Shown piece by piece: positions 10,396-20,927 of a DNA stretch of 64,000 nt (positions are counted from its first letter, which is position 1; each line of letters begins with the position of its first letter). This DNA is from Diplonema japonicum (lineage: Eukaryota; Protista; Euglenozoa: Diplonemea), in NCBI GenBank assembly GCA_964019335.1, contig OZ025682.1:248001-312000 (forward strand), read 5' to 3'. A model generated the notes under the pieces. The model was not told where the DNA came from. It made no database searches and worked only from the letters and a program-made list of their open reading frames with translations. A program made the translations under genes and the position numbers.

Positions 10396-12427
10396 ATGGC
10401 ATTCGACGGTGCGATTGGTATTGACTTGGGGACCACCTACTCCTGCGTGGGTGTGTGGCAGAACGAGCGTGTGGAGATTATCGCCAACGACCAGGGTAAC
10501 AGGACCACCCCCTCGTACGTCGCTTTCACCGACAGCGAGCGTCTGATCGGTGATGCCGCGAAGAACCAGGTTGCGATGAACCCCACCAACACCGTCTTCG
10601 ACGCTAAGAGGCTGATCGGCAGAAAGCTCCAGGACTCCTCCGTGCAGAGCGACATGAAGCACTGGCCCTTCAAGGTCGTCGCCAAGGCCGACAACAAGCC
10701 CCTCATCCAGGTCCAGTACATGGGCGAGGAGAAGCAGTTCATGCCCGAGGAGATCTCCGCCATGATCCTCGTCAAGATGAAGGAGACCGCCGAGGCCTTC
10801 CTTGGTAAGGAGATCAAGAAGTCCGTTGTGACCGTCCCTGCCTACTTCAACGACTCGCAGCGTCAGGCCACCAAGGACGCCGGTACCATCTCCGGCATGG
10901 AGGTGCTCCGTATCATCAACGAGCCCACCGCAGCTGCCATCGCCTACGGTCTTGACAAGGCTGACGAGGCCGAGAAGAACATCCTCATCTTCGACCTTGG
11001 TGGTGGTACCTTCGACGTGACCCTCCTCACCATCGACGGTGGGATCTTCGAGGTGAAGGCCACCGCCGGTGACACCCACTTGGGTGGGGAGGACTTCGAC
11101 AACAGGATGGTGAACCACTTCGTCGAGGAGTTCAAGAGGAAGAACAAGAAGGACCTCACCGTGAACCAGAGGGCCCTCAGGAGGCTCAGGACTGCCTGCG
11201 AGAGGGCCAAGAGGGCTCTCTCCTCTGCTGCCCAGACCAGCATTGAGATCGACTCCCTCTTCGAGGGTATTGACTTCTACACCTCCATCACCAGGGCCAG
11301 GTTCGAGGAACTGTGCGCGGACCTCTTCCGCTCGTGCCTGCGCCCCGTTGAGCAGGTGCTCGGTGACGCCAAGATGGACAAGAGGTCCATCCACGAGGTC
11401 GTGCTTGTCGGTGGGTCCACCCGTATCCCCAAGATCCAGGGCATGGTGAGCGACTTCTTCGGTGGAAAGGAGCTGAACAAGTCGATCAACCCCGACGAGG
11501 CCGTCGCCTTCGGTGCTGCCGTCCAGGCCTTCGTCCTCACCGGTGGGCAGTCCAAGCAGACCGAGCAGATCCTGCTCCTCGACGTGACCCCCCTGACCTG
11601 CGGTATCGAGACCGCCGGTGGTGTGATGACCTCCCTCATCAAGAGGAACACCACCATCCCCACCAAGAAGAGCCAGGTCTTCTCCACCTACAGCGACAAC
11701 CAGCCCGGTGTGCACATCCAGGTATGAAGAGAAGAAGAAGAAGAAAAAATAATGACAAAACACAGGTGTTCGAGGGTGAGAGGGCGATGACCAAGGACTG
11801 CCACCAGCTCGGAACCTTCGACCTGTCTGGGATCCCCCCCGCTCCCCGTGGTGTGCCGCAGATCGAGGTGACCTTCGACGTGGACGCCAACGGTATCATG
11901 AACGTGTCTGCTGAGGACAAGACCACCGGGAAGAAGTCGCAGGTGACCATCACCAACGACAAGGGCAGGCTGTCGCAGGCGGAGATCGACGCCATGTGCA
12001 AGGACGCCGAGAAGTACGCCGAGTCCGACAAGCTGGCCAAGGAGCGCATCGAGGCTAAGAACGGCCTTGAGAACTACGCCTACTCCATGAAGAACACCAT
12101 CAACGACGAGAAGACTGGTGCCCTCATGGGTGAGGACGAGAAGAAGAAGGTCAACGACGCCTGCGAGGAGGCCATCAAGTGGCTCGACGTGTCCCAGGAG
12201 GTATGGGAAGAAAAAAAAAAAAAAAACTTCAACAGGCCTCCAAGGAGGAATACGAGAGCAGGATGAAGGAGCTCGAGGGTATCTGTGCCCCCATTGTGAA
12301 GAAGATGTACGAGCAGCAGGGCGGTGCTGGTGGAATGCCGGAGGGTATGCCCGGTGGCATGCCCGGGGGTATGCCTGGTGCCGGTGCCGGTGCCGGTGCC
12401 GGGCCCCAGGTTGAGGAGGTTGATTAA
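10396..12427 (+). CDS. HSP70: Cytosolic heat shock protein 70, 650 aa; join(10396..11721,11766..12200,12236..12427)
   Basis: Motifs [23 protein letters not shown] repeats and C-terminal GPQVEEVD. Two GT-AG introns (44 and 35 nt) restore the frame. Strong codon bias. Confidence 0.97.
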
Positions 12428-13094
12428 GATGATGACTCGTGATTATCAAAAAAGATTTCTTTTTTTTTTATAAAAAAAAAGATTTCCATTGCACTACTCC
12501 CCTCCAATCCCCCAAAGACACACACACACACACACACACACGCCTAGCTGGTTTCATTTATTTTTAGGGATGGGATATTTTTTTCTAATAAAAAATAAAC
12601 AGAGCGTGGTTTTTCTTTTTCTCAGGATCACTTTTTTTTTAAAACTTATTTTTTTTTCCCTTTTTTCAAAAAGGGGTAATAAAAAAAAATATCGCACCTA
12701 TGGCCCATGCTTCTTTTTGCTTCCCCCTTTCCTTTTCTTTTTACTTCCTGCAATTAGAACAGAATAACAACTTAAAACAATTCACCTCTTTTTATTTTAT
12801 TTTATTTTTTTTTAACAAACGAGTTCTCCCTCCTCTCCCCCCCCCTTGTTTCTTCGTTTATTGGTTTTTTTTTTTTAATTTTTCATTTTTTTTTTCTCCT
12901 CATTTTTTCAAAATGGATTCATATCGGTTTTTTTTTCTTTTTTTTTTTCTTTTTTTTTTTCTCTTTTTTTTTTTTAATTTTCCTTTTTGGTTTTGGTTTT
13001 GCCCCCCTTTTTTTTTTATACCCCAACTCTATTTTGACCCTAATCCCAAAGAAGGAGGGGGGAGGGGAGGACGACAAAAAAAAAAAAAAAAAAA

Positions 13095-15165
13095 ATGTTA
13101 CGAAAAACAGCCTATAATGGCTTCCGACGGCAGAAGCCATCGGCCGCAAGCGACATGGCTGCGACACTGTGCCAAGAGGAGTGGGATGGTGAAATAATGA
13201 GGCCGCTGAGCCGGATACGATCAGTGCAACCAGCGGAGTCTCTCACAGAGACCCAGCAAGAAGCTATCGAAACCGCATGTTCCCATCGACAGAGCCTGTT
13301 CATCGGCGGAGCTGCGGGATGGGGAAAAACAGAAACCCTACTTCAAATCAAGGACGTGATGGAAGCACGGGGCCACAACGTGGGCCTTTTCTCCATGGGC
13401 CTGAAAAAAAACCCTTCATTAGGAAGCGGTGAAACTTGCTTTAGAAACGCCTTAAAAATCGGTCTAACCAACGTGCATTGGTTCTGGGAATCGCAAGGCA
13501 ACCCCATAACACTTCAAAACCGACTGGCAAAATCCCACAAAGAATTCTTGAAAAAATTCGACATTCTTCTCCTTGATGACATGGAACAAGCAGACCATGA
13601 TGTATGGAGGAGTCTTAGAATATCATTGACAAATATGACTTTATCAAACGTGGATCATACCTATACAGGGACACCGTTTAACGGACTGCAGATTGTTGCA
13701 GCGGGAGATTTTCTCGCGGCTGAACAAGGATCGTTTCAACGGCTTCAATCTGGAAACCATGCTTTCGACGATGTCGCCTGGGACCAAACATTCTCGCACC
13801 ACATCGAACTAAAAGGTAAAAACTCCGATTGCATCTCTTTCGTCCACGATGAAGACTACAGCAGAATGCTGACCCGAATTCGAAACGGCTCCCCGACGGA
13901 TCAAGATTTACAAAATCTCAAAGACCGAATTATTATCGCACCGAATCCTCTTACAGACGTAAAGTGCGACCCACTACAAGGGTACTTCGCCCCGATACCC
14001 AGTGTGAACACCAAGAACTTGATCCAAGTGAATTACGATAGACAGCAATTATCCCCCGACCCAAAAAACTACAACACCACCATGAGAAAGATGAATCATA
14101 TTCCCGACAAATGCAAGGTTTATCAATCCTACTACGGGGCCCCAAATGGTCTGGACGAAAGAGATGTCGGAACATTCCACGACACCTCTGCGTACATTCG
14201 CGAAACTCTGAAACAAGAGCTTCTAAGATACGGATTGCAAGCCCCCGAAAGGAGCAAAATGGGTTATTTCATGAGACCCCCTGTTCAGGTCTTCGCAAAG
14301 GGCGAGGAGGTTACCTTCTTAGAAGACGTTGCCCCGATTTGCTACGCGGGGATGCGGGGTAAAATCGTTGATTTCACCGCCGACACCATCATAGTCAAGG
14401 TGAACTCAAATAACCAACATGTTTATGTTAAAAGAGTGACAAAAACAGTCACTGCTAACCCGGGACTTATGGAGTTTGGAAAGCAAAAAACACAATCCGC
14501 GCAAAATATTAAGAAGCTCGCCTCCATGCCCATGGAGTACTCAGCTACCTTTTCGTTCATGCCCTTGGCGCATGTTAAAGCCGACATTTCTGAGAATCTT
14601 TACGCGAACCCTTTCATCAACGGGCTGGAAAGCGGGGACTCGTCCCCTCACATCATCCTCGATATGAACCTGACATGGACAGGGTCGTTGAGGTCGTTGT
14701 ACTCCGTGCTGGCTCACGCACCTTCTCTTGATAAGATTCATCTTTGTTACCCTGAGAATGGTACGGGGGATTATGCGCAACCGGTTACCGACCAGCTCGG
14801 AATGGAACTTCCAGAAGTGGTTAGTTTGGGCAGTGCGCTGTTCGAATCTAGGGTGAAAACGAAGGATCTTTGTTACCTCCCTGCCAAGGTGTTTCATCAA
14901 AAGGGGATTGTCGATCTGGGTGAGGAGGCTTGTCCCGTGTGTGGTGAGAAGCTTTCGGCGGAGTGTCCGATGTCCGAGCAGGACTCTGTCGTGTCGCGGT
15001 TGCCGCCTGCCCTCAAGCTGCGGCACTGTACCGTGAATTATGACTGTTGCGAAGTGACAAATAAGGTCATGACGCATAGTGATTTTGTCCAGCATTCGAG
15101 TAACATGTCGTTTGTCCGATGTGAGTGTGGGGAGGAAGTGAGGCACAAAGACATTATGGTATGGG

Positions 15166-15207
<42 letters not shown>

Positions 15208-15359
15208 ACCCACAGGATCATCGAAGCAAGTATGTTATTGGCACCGTCTGCTACGGGTCCCTCGGGAGCGGCCTCAGCAACCACATTTCAGAAATGAACA
15301 AAAGAGCCAACCCTGAGAGTGAGAAGGAGGGGGGGAAGAAGAAGAAAAAAAGAAACTAA
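13095..15359 (+). CDS. Divergent PIF1-family (SF1B) helicase-like protein with Cys-rich C-terminus, about 735 aa; probable in-frame intron 15159..15215
   Basis: LTETQQEAI, Walker A GAAGWGKT, Walker-B-like LLLDDMEQ, PFNGLQIVAAGDF and YSRMLTRIRNG. The basic N-terminus resembles a mitochondrial presequence. Confidence 0.75.
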
Positions 15360-15698
15360 GCTTTCTAATTTTTAATTTTTTTTTTTAAATTTTTTTCTGA
15401 AACAACAAAAAAAAAGTGATCACCATTTTTTTTTTTTAGCTATTAGATACCAAATACCACTACCCCCTTTTTTTTTCTGAGATCGGATGTATAGCTTTTT
15501 TCTTCTTTCTTTTGGCAATCATTTTTTTTTTTTTCCCTCTTTGTTTCGGGTCCGTAGGAAACCGGGGTGTACGACCTTTTTTTTTTTTCTTGCTGCCCGC
15601 CTTCATTTTTTTCCTACTTAACCATGTGAAAGACGTGGGGAAAGGGGGAGGAGAGAAAAAGAAAAAAAAAAAGAAAAAAAAAAGAAAAAATATATATA

Positions 15699-16769
15699 AT
15701 GAACAACACACTCAGCCCGTATCGGGACGAGTATGGCTACACATCAGAAGTGCATCAAAACGCACTGCTACACGAAAACGAGGAACTGCGCAAGTGGTTG
15801 AGGCAAAGCTCGCTGAGCTTGGACAGAGGGCTCCGCGGGAGCGAAATGCTGAAAAATGAGCGAGACGCCGCACGCAGAGAACGAGAGGTAGCAGAGGCAA
15901 AAAAAGACCGAGCTCTGACAGAACGTGCCAGAGTCGGCCAAGAAGCCGCAGAAATTAAACAACGAGCCTGCATCACACAAGAGAACATGCAAACCCTTGT
16001 AGGACACATTTCACACATGTCAGGACAATGCAGAAATTTCCGGTCAACTTTGGAAACGTCAGCCCTGACATCGAATATTCTCGACAGGTTTGACACAATC
16101 TTGAGAGATCCGCTTGGTGTGCATCACACTGTAAACAGCAGGAGAGACCCTTATGAAGCTGCAACGGAATCGCTGCTCAGTCTTCACCAGGAAGTCGGGA
16201 ATTTGCTAATCGCGGTGAGGTCGGTTGTGGCTGGGAAGCTGGGCCACCACCACCATTCTGAATCCACACCCATTGCGGTCTCCTCGCCTCGCCCTTCCAC
16301 GCGGAAACCCGTTCACACAAATTTAAAACCACTTCCGTCGAAAGATTCAACGTTAGCAGAGTTGCTGCGGGATAGTTCCCCTGTGTCGTGGGAGAGGTCC
16401 GCTGTGCGGCCGAACTCGGAATTAGCTGCCTCATTGAAATTCGATAAGATTCCCGATCCAGAAACTATTGACGTGCGGCAGGAGAATGACGAGCTTCGGG
16501 CACTCCTTCGTGAGGCTGAGGCTGTGAAGTCGGAGAACCAGGCTTTGCAAGAAGCGCTTTTCTTGTCTAAAGACAAGGAAGAAGAGTTCAACAGAGTCAA
16601 CACAAAGATGTCGGCGCTTGAAGGCAGGCTTTCGAGCATCGAGGAGCAGCAGCACAGTGCCATACAGGCACCCCCACCGTACCGCGAGCCTGCGAAAATC
16701 TCTCCCCCGAGACCCCGCGCACTTCAAACTCGGCGCAGTGGGAAGCACGGTGCTATTGGTATTATCTAG
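15699..16769 (+). CDS. Coiled-coil hypothetical protein, 356 aa
   Basis: Long ORF with heptad/charged segments, bounded by homopolymer spacers. Confidence 0.75.
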   Translation: MNNTLSPYRDEYGYTSEVHQNALLHENEELRKWLRQSSLSLDRGLRGSEMLKNERDAARREREVAEAKKDRALTERARVGQEAAEIKQRACITQENMQTLVGHISHMSGQCRNFRSTLETSALTSNILDRFDTILRDPLGVHHTVNSRRDPYEAATESLLSLHQEVGNLLIAVRSVVAGKLGHHHHSESTPIAVSSPRPSTRKPVHTNLKPLPSKDSTLAELLRDSSPVSWERSAVRPNSELAASLKFDKIPDPETIDVRQENDELRALLREAEAVKSENQALQEALFLSKDKEEEFNRVNTKMSALEGRLSSIEEQQHSAIQAPPPYREPAKISPPRPRALQTRRSGKHGAIGII

Positions 16770-17021
16770 AAAACTTTTCTTGATTGTTATGTTTGGTTGT
16801 CTCCCCCCTTTCACCCCCCTTCCCATGTTCATCCCATGTATTTCTTTTTTTTTTTTTTTTTTTAGCTGGTGAGCGCGGAAAAAAAAAAAAAAAAAATAAA
16901 TAAAAACGCAAACCGTAACTGTCTAGTTTTTTTTTTGATTTTTATTTCAGTGAAATTCTTCTCGTGGTGGGGTCAAAAAAAAAAAAAAAAGGCACATCTC
17001 ATATTATCACAAAAAAGAAAA

Positions 17022-17651
17022 ATGGCTGACTCCGACCAGTACCTCACCTACGACGATGACTGCTGCCTTGGGCAGGTGGCACCCTCCACGGAGCTCGGGG
17101 ACTTCATCGTCTACCCGTCGAACGACATGAAGCGTGTTGACCTCCACCCCGGTAAGGTGAACATTGTGTACTTCATGTGCAAGTTCGAGAAGGGTGCGTA
17201 CAACTGCAACGAGGAGATGTCGGTGATCACGGACGAGATGAAGGACACCGTGCAGGTGGTTGCCCTCAGCACTGACCCCGACCGTGGTACCGTGGAGAAG
17301 TTCCTGGACAAGTCGAGGAAGGGTGAGATCACCGACCTGAACACCGGGAAGGCGCTCCGCCTCACCATGGACGTGGCGTGGGATGACGGGAAGAAGACCT
17401 TCTCGATGTACCGCAACATCTGCAACGGTGTGCTGACCACCTACCACGCCTTCATCATTGACAAGGCGGGGAAGATCTGCTGGCACCAGCAGTTCGCCCA
17501 GACCTGCCCCCCCTCCAAGACCAACTTCGCGGAGCAGGTGAAGAAGGCTGTGGCTGGTGAGCCCCTTCTTTCCAACGGTGACCGCCCCAAGAGGGACCCC
17601 GCTGACGTTGAGGAGGAGGACGCTGAGTGCGACGACCTTGCTCTCTTCTAG
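17022..17651 (+). CDS. Thioredoxin-fold (AhpC/TSA-redoxin-like) protein, 209 aa, copy 1
   Basis: GKVNIVYFMCKF, VQVVALSTD, VAWDD and AFIIDKAGKICWHQ follow the redoxin-like pattern. Strong codon bias. No canonical CxxC. Confidence 0.75.
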   Translation: MADSDQYLTYDDDCCLGQVAPSTELGDFIVYPSNDMKRVDLHPGKVNIVYFMCKFEKGAYNCNEEMSVITDEMKDTVQVVALSTDPDRGTVEKFLDKSRKGEITDLNTGKALRLTMDVAWDDGKKTFSMYRNICNGVLTTYHAFIIDKAGKICWHQQFAQTCPPSKTNFAEQVKKAVAGEPLLSNGDRPKRDPADVEEEDAECDDLALF

Positions 17652-18149
17652 AGAGTGATTGCTTTTGAGAATGGAAAAAAAAATTTTTTTTTTATTATAA
17701 AAGCAGCATTTCTTCTTCTTTTTTTTTATTTTTTTGCCTGCAAAACTTGCCCACATGTAGGATACCCCACCCCCCCTCTTTAAGTGTTTTTCCTCATTTT
17801 TTTTTCTTTCTTTCTATTCTTTGCAACCGCACCTCACCCCCCACACACCCCACATTGCATCACATTTTTTTTTCTTTCAGAAATTCACGTCACTTCTTTT
17901 TTTTCTCTTCTTTTACCCCCCCCTTTTTTTTACTTTTATTGTTCTTATTGCAGCTGCTTTTTTTTTCTCTCTTGTTTATTTCTTGAGCACAATATACCAG
18001 GATGCTATAGGAGTGCTTGAATAACCCCCTCAGCAGGACTCTGGAATGATTATCAATTTAATCCATACCATTTTTTTTCGCTTTTAGTTGGTTACGAAAA
18101 TGGTGAATCATGCCATATTACAAGAGGCAGGTTTTGTTCCCCGTTCTGT

Positions 18150-18249
18150 GGAATGATTATCAATTTAATCCATAACTTTCACCTGATCTGTAAAACGAGC
18201 TGCGGGATAAACCTGTTTTAATAAACACATCTGAGACTTGCAAATGACC
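18150..18249 (+). ncRNA. Candidate box C/D snoRNA-like unit (representative of the six A copies)
   Basis: C-like ATGATTA 18153-18159, D'-like CTGA 18183-18186 and D-like CTGA 18231-18234, an 82-nt C-to-D span. No target identified. Confidence 0.4.
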
Positions 18250-19145
18250 ACCGTTCACCTTCCACAAAATCTGTCGCTCGAGGAACCAGGCTGGAGGACG
18301 TCATTTTCTTTCGGTTTTAGTTGGTTACGAAAATGGTGAATCATGCAGGTTTCCCCCTTCCACGGAATGATTATCAATTTAATCCATAAATTTCACCTGA
18401 TCTGCAAAACGAGCTGCGGGATAAACCTGTTTTAATAAACACATCTGAGACTTGCAAATGACCACCCCTACCATTTTTTTCGGTTTTAGTTGGTTGCGAA
18501 AATGGTGAATCATGCCATATTACAAGAGGCAGGTTTTTTTCCCCCCGTTCTGTGGAATGATTATCAATTTAATCCATAACTTTCACCTGATCTGTAAACG
18601 AGCTGCGGGATAAACCTGTTTTAATAAACACATCTGAGACTTGCAAATGACCCCTGCCCCTACCCCTACCCCACGATTGATTTACAACATTTCGTTTACT
18701 TTCCACACATAGCAACCTTTTCCGGTTTGGTGCGAGCTTAGCTAGAACTTGACGCCTTTGGTGTTTTGGCTTGGTCCTGACACTCAACCGTCCTGGAATG
18801 ATTATCAATTTAATCCATAGATTTCACCTGATCTGTAAAACGAGCTGCGGGATAAACCTGTTTTAATAAACACATCTGAGACTTGCAAATGACCACCCTT
18901 ACCATTTTTTTTCGCTTTTAGTTGGTTACGAAAATGGTGAATCATGCCATATTACAAGAGGCAGGTTTCCCCCCCCCCGTTCTGTGGAATGATTATCAAT
19001 TTAATCCATAGCTTTCACCTGATCTGTAAAACGAGCTGCGGGATAAACCTGTTTTAATAAACACATCTGAGACTTGCAAATGATCACCCCTACCGCTACC
19101 CCTACCCTCCAACAACGACTGTTCCCCCCCCCCCCCCCCCCCCTA

Positions 19146-19319
19146 GGGCTATGCTGGCATGGAAACGCGTTTCCATGCATTTTTTGAAAAAAAGGGAAAC
19201 GGAAACGGAAACGTTTCCTTATGTTTCCTTAAGAAGGAAGCCGTTTCCATAAGAATTTTGAAAAGTATGGAAACGGGAACGGAAACGGAAACGTTCCACG
19301 TTTCCTGCCAGCATAGCCC
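19146..19319. mobile_element. MITE 1 (174 bp), TA-flanked
   Basis: Perfect 14-bp TIR GGGCTATGCTGGCA / TGCCAGCATAGCCC, extended by GGAAACG/CGTTTCC. Many internal GGAAAC motifs. TA at 19144-19145 and 19320-19321. Confidence 0.8.
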
Positions 19320-19321
19320 TA

Positions 19322-19672
19322 GGGGGGTCATATGGTCCTTAAAAAGGGCCCCTTTTTCAGGCTCTTCGCCAAGGGCATTTTGGGCCCTTAAAAAAACTGT
19401 ACCCACCCCAAAAGTGCCCACAAATCACCCAAACCCCCGTTTCCCAATGTTTTCCGGCCCCAGAAGTGCCCAGAATCATGTTCTAATTTTGGGGCCGTTT
19501 GATACTTTCCCTATGTAATCCTAGGGGCCCATATTTTGGGACCGGAAAACATTGGGAAACGGGGGTTTGGGTGATTTGTGGGCACTTTTGGGTACAGTTT
19601 TTTTAAGGGCCCAAAATGCCCTTGGCGAAGAGCCTGAAAAAGGGCAAATAACGACCCCCTTATGACCCCCCC
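19322..19672. mobile_element. MITE 2 / foldback element (351 bp), TA-flanked
   Basis: Terminal IR GGGGGGTCATA / TATGACCCCCC. Near-perfect inverted arms of about 105 bp (about 19350-19457 vs 19542-19644). TA at 19320-19321 and 19673-19674. Confidence 0.8.
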
Positions 19673-19964
19673 TACCCCCCCCAGAGGAATAGATCCACGG
19701 GAGGCCTGCCGAACGCACGACGCAATACACGAACCCGGCACAGCTCCCATATCAAGAGGCAACTTTATCCCCGTTCTGGAATGATTATCAATTTAATCCA
19801 TAACTTTCACCCGATCTGTAAAACGAGCTGCGGGATAAACCTGTTTTAATAAACACATCTGAGACTTGCAAATGACCACATGGATGGGATGGGAAGCACA
19901 GGGCTTCTTGGTTTCTCTTGTAACCCACCTCAAGGCACATCACATATTATCACAAAAAAGAAAA

Positions 19965-20594
19965 ATGGCTGACTCCGACCAGTACCTCACCTACGACGAT
20001 GACTGCTGCCTTGGGCAGGTGGCACCCTCCACGGAGCTCGGGGACTTCATCGTCTACCCGTCGAACGACATGAAGCGTGTTGACCTCCACCCCGGTAAGG
20101 TGAACATTGTGTACTTCATGTGCAAGTTCGAGAAGGGTGCGTACAACTGCAACGAGGAGATGTCGGTGATCACGGACGAGATGAAGGACACCGTGCAGGT
20201 GGTTGCCCTCAGCACTGACCCCGACCGTGGTACCGTGGAGAAGTTCCTGGACAAGTCGAGGAAGGGTGAGATCACCGACCTGAACACCGGGAAGGCGCTC
20301 CGCCTCACCATGGACGTGGCGTGGGATGACGGGAAGAAGACCTTCTCGATGTACCGCAACATCTGCAACGGTGTGCTGACCACCTACCACGCCTTCATCA
20401 TTGACAAGGCGGGGAAGATCTGCTGGCACCAGCAGTTCGCCCAGACCTGCCCCCCCTCCAAGACCAACTTCGCGGAGCAGGTGAAGAAGGCTGTGGCTGG
20501 TGAGCCCCTTCTTTCCAACGGTGACCGCCCCAAGAGGGACCCCGCTGACGTTGAGGAGGAGGACGCTGAGTGCGACGACCTTGCTCTCTTCTAG
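19965..20594 (+). CDS. Thioredoxin-fold (redoxin-like) protein, 209 aa, copy 2
   Basis: The protein is identical to 17022..17651, and the DNA appears identical by eye. Confidence 0.7.
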   Translation: MADSDQYLTYDDDCCLGQVAPSTELGDFIVYPSNDMKRVDLHPGKVNIVYFMCKFEKGAYNCNEEMSVITDEMKDTVQVVALSTDPDRGTVEKFLDKSRKGEITDLNTGKALRLTMDVAWDDGKKTFSMYRNICNGVLTTYHAFIIDKAGKICWHQQFAQTCPPSKTNFAEQVKKAVAGEPLLSNGDRPKRDPADVEEEDAECDDLALF

Positions 20595-20927
20595 AGGACA
20601 AGTCTTTGGACATGGCGGATGGGACTGCTTCTTGCTTGTGTCTCCTTTCTCGTACTCTAACTAAAGGAGGGAAAGAGACTACGGCCACACAGGAGCTCCC
20701 CTACCATTCTCGCAACCGACGCCCCCTTTCCCTCATTTTCAGTTCCCCTCTTTTTTTTTATACCCCACCCCACAGACCCACCTTTTTTTTTGGTTTTTTC
20801 TTTCTTTCATTGGTATTTTGATCTTTTTTTGTTGTTGTTTGGTGTATTAATCCCCCCCCCCCCCCCCCCGATACAAGAAGAGAAGAAAAAACAGGAGAAC
20901 ACGGAAAGAGAGAAGAAGAAAGAAAAG

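Larger units (their letters stand above)
18043..19877. repeat. Array of six 100-bp units (A) plus one truncated unit, alternating with an approximately 80-bp unit (B) or unique spacers
   Basis: A copies: 18150-18249, 18364-18463, 18554-18652, 18795-18894, 18986-19085, 19778-19877 (partial 18043-18067). B copies: 18068-18149, about 18302-18363, 18471-18553, 18902-18985 (partial 19747-19777). Confidence 0.95.

Noticed and set aside
10372-11763. 463-aa minus-strand ORF opposite HSP70, and similar antisense ORFs over the redoxin copies
   Set aside because: Antisense shadow of strongly biased codon usage, a well-known artefact for HSP70.
18160-18230. Specific rRNA targets for the A-unit guides
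   Set aside because: Resemblances to conserved SSU (GTGAAATTCTT) and LSU (TGTTTAATTAAAACA) segments need mismatches or bulges, and this organism's rRNA is not available here.
18896-18927. Spliced-leader RNA gene on the minus strand of unit B (AACCAAC-TAAAAGC...TG|GTAAG)
   Set aside because: It resembles the 5' part of the diplonemid SL as I recall it, but lacks the conserved CAGTTTCTGTACTTTATTG half and a clear Sm site, and it varies among copies. Still worth a BLAST against the species' own SL.
18043-19877. CRISPR array
   Set aside because: The repeats are 100 bp, the spacers are largely repeated and irregular in length, there are no cas genes, and the context is eukaryotic.
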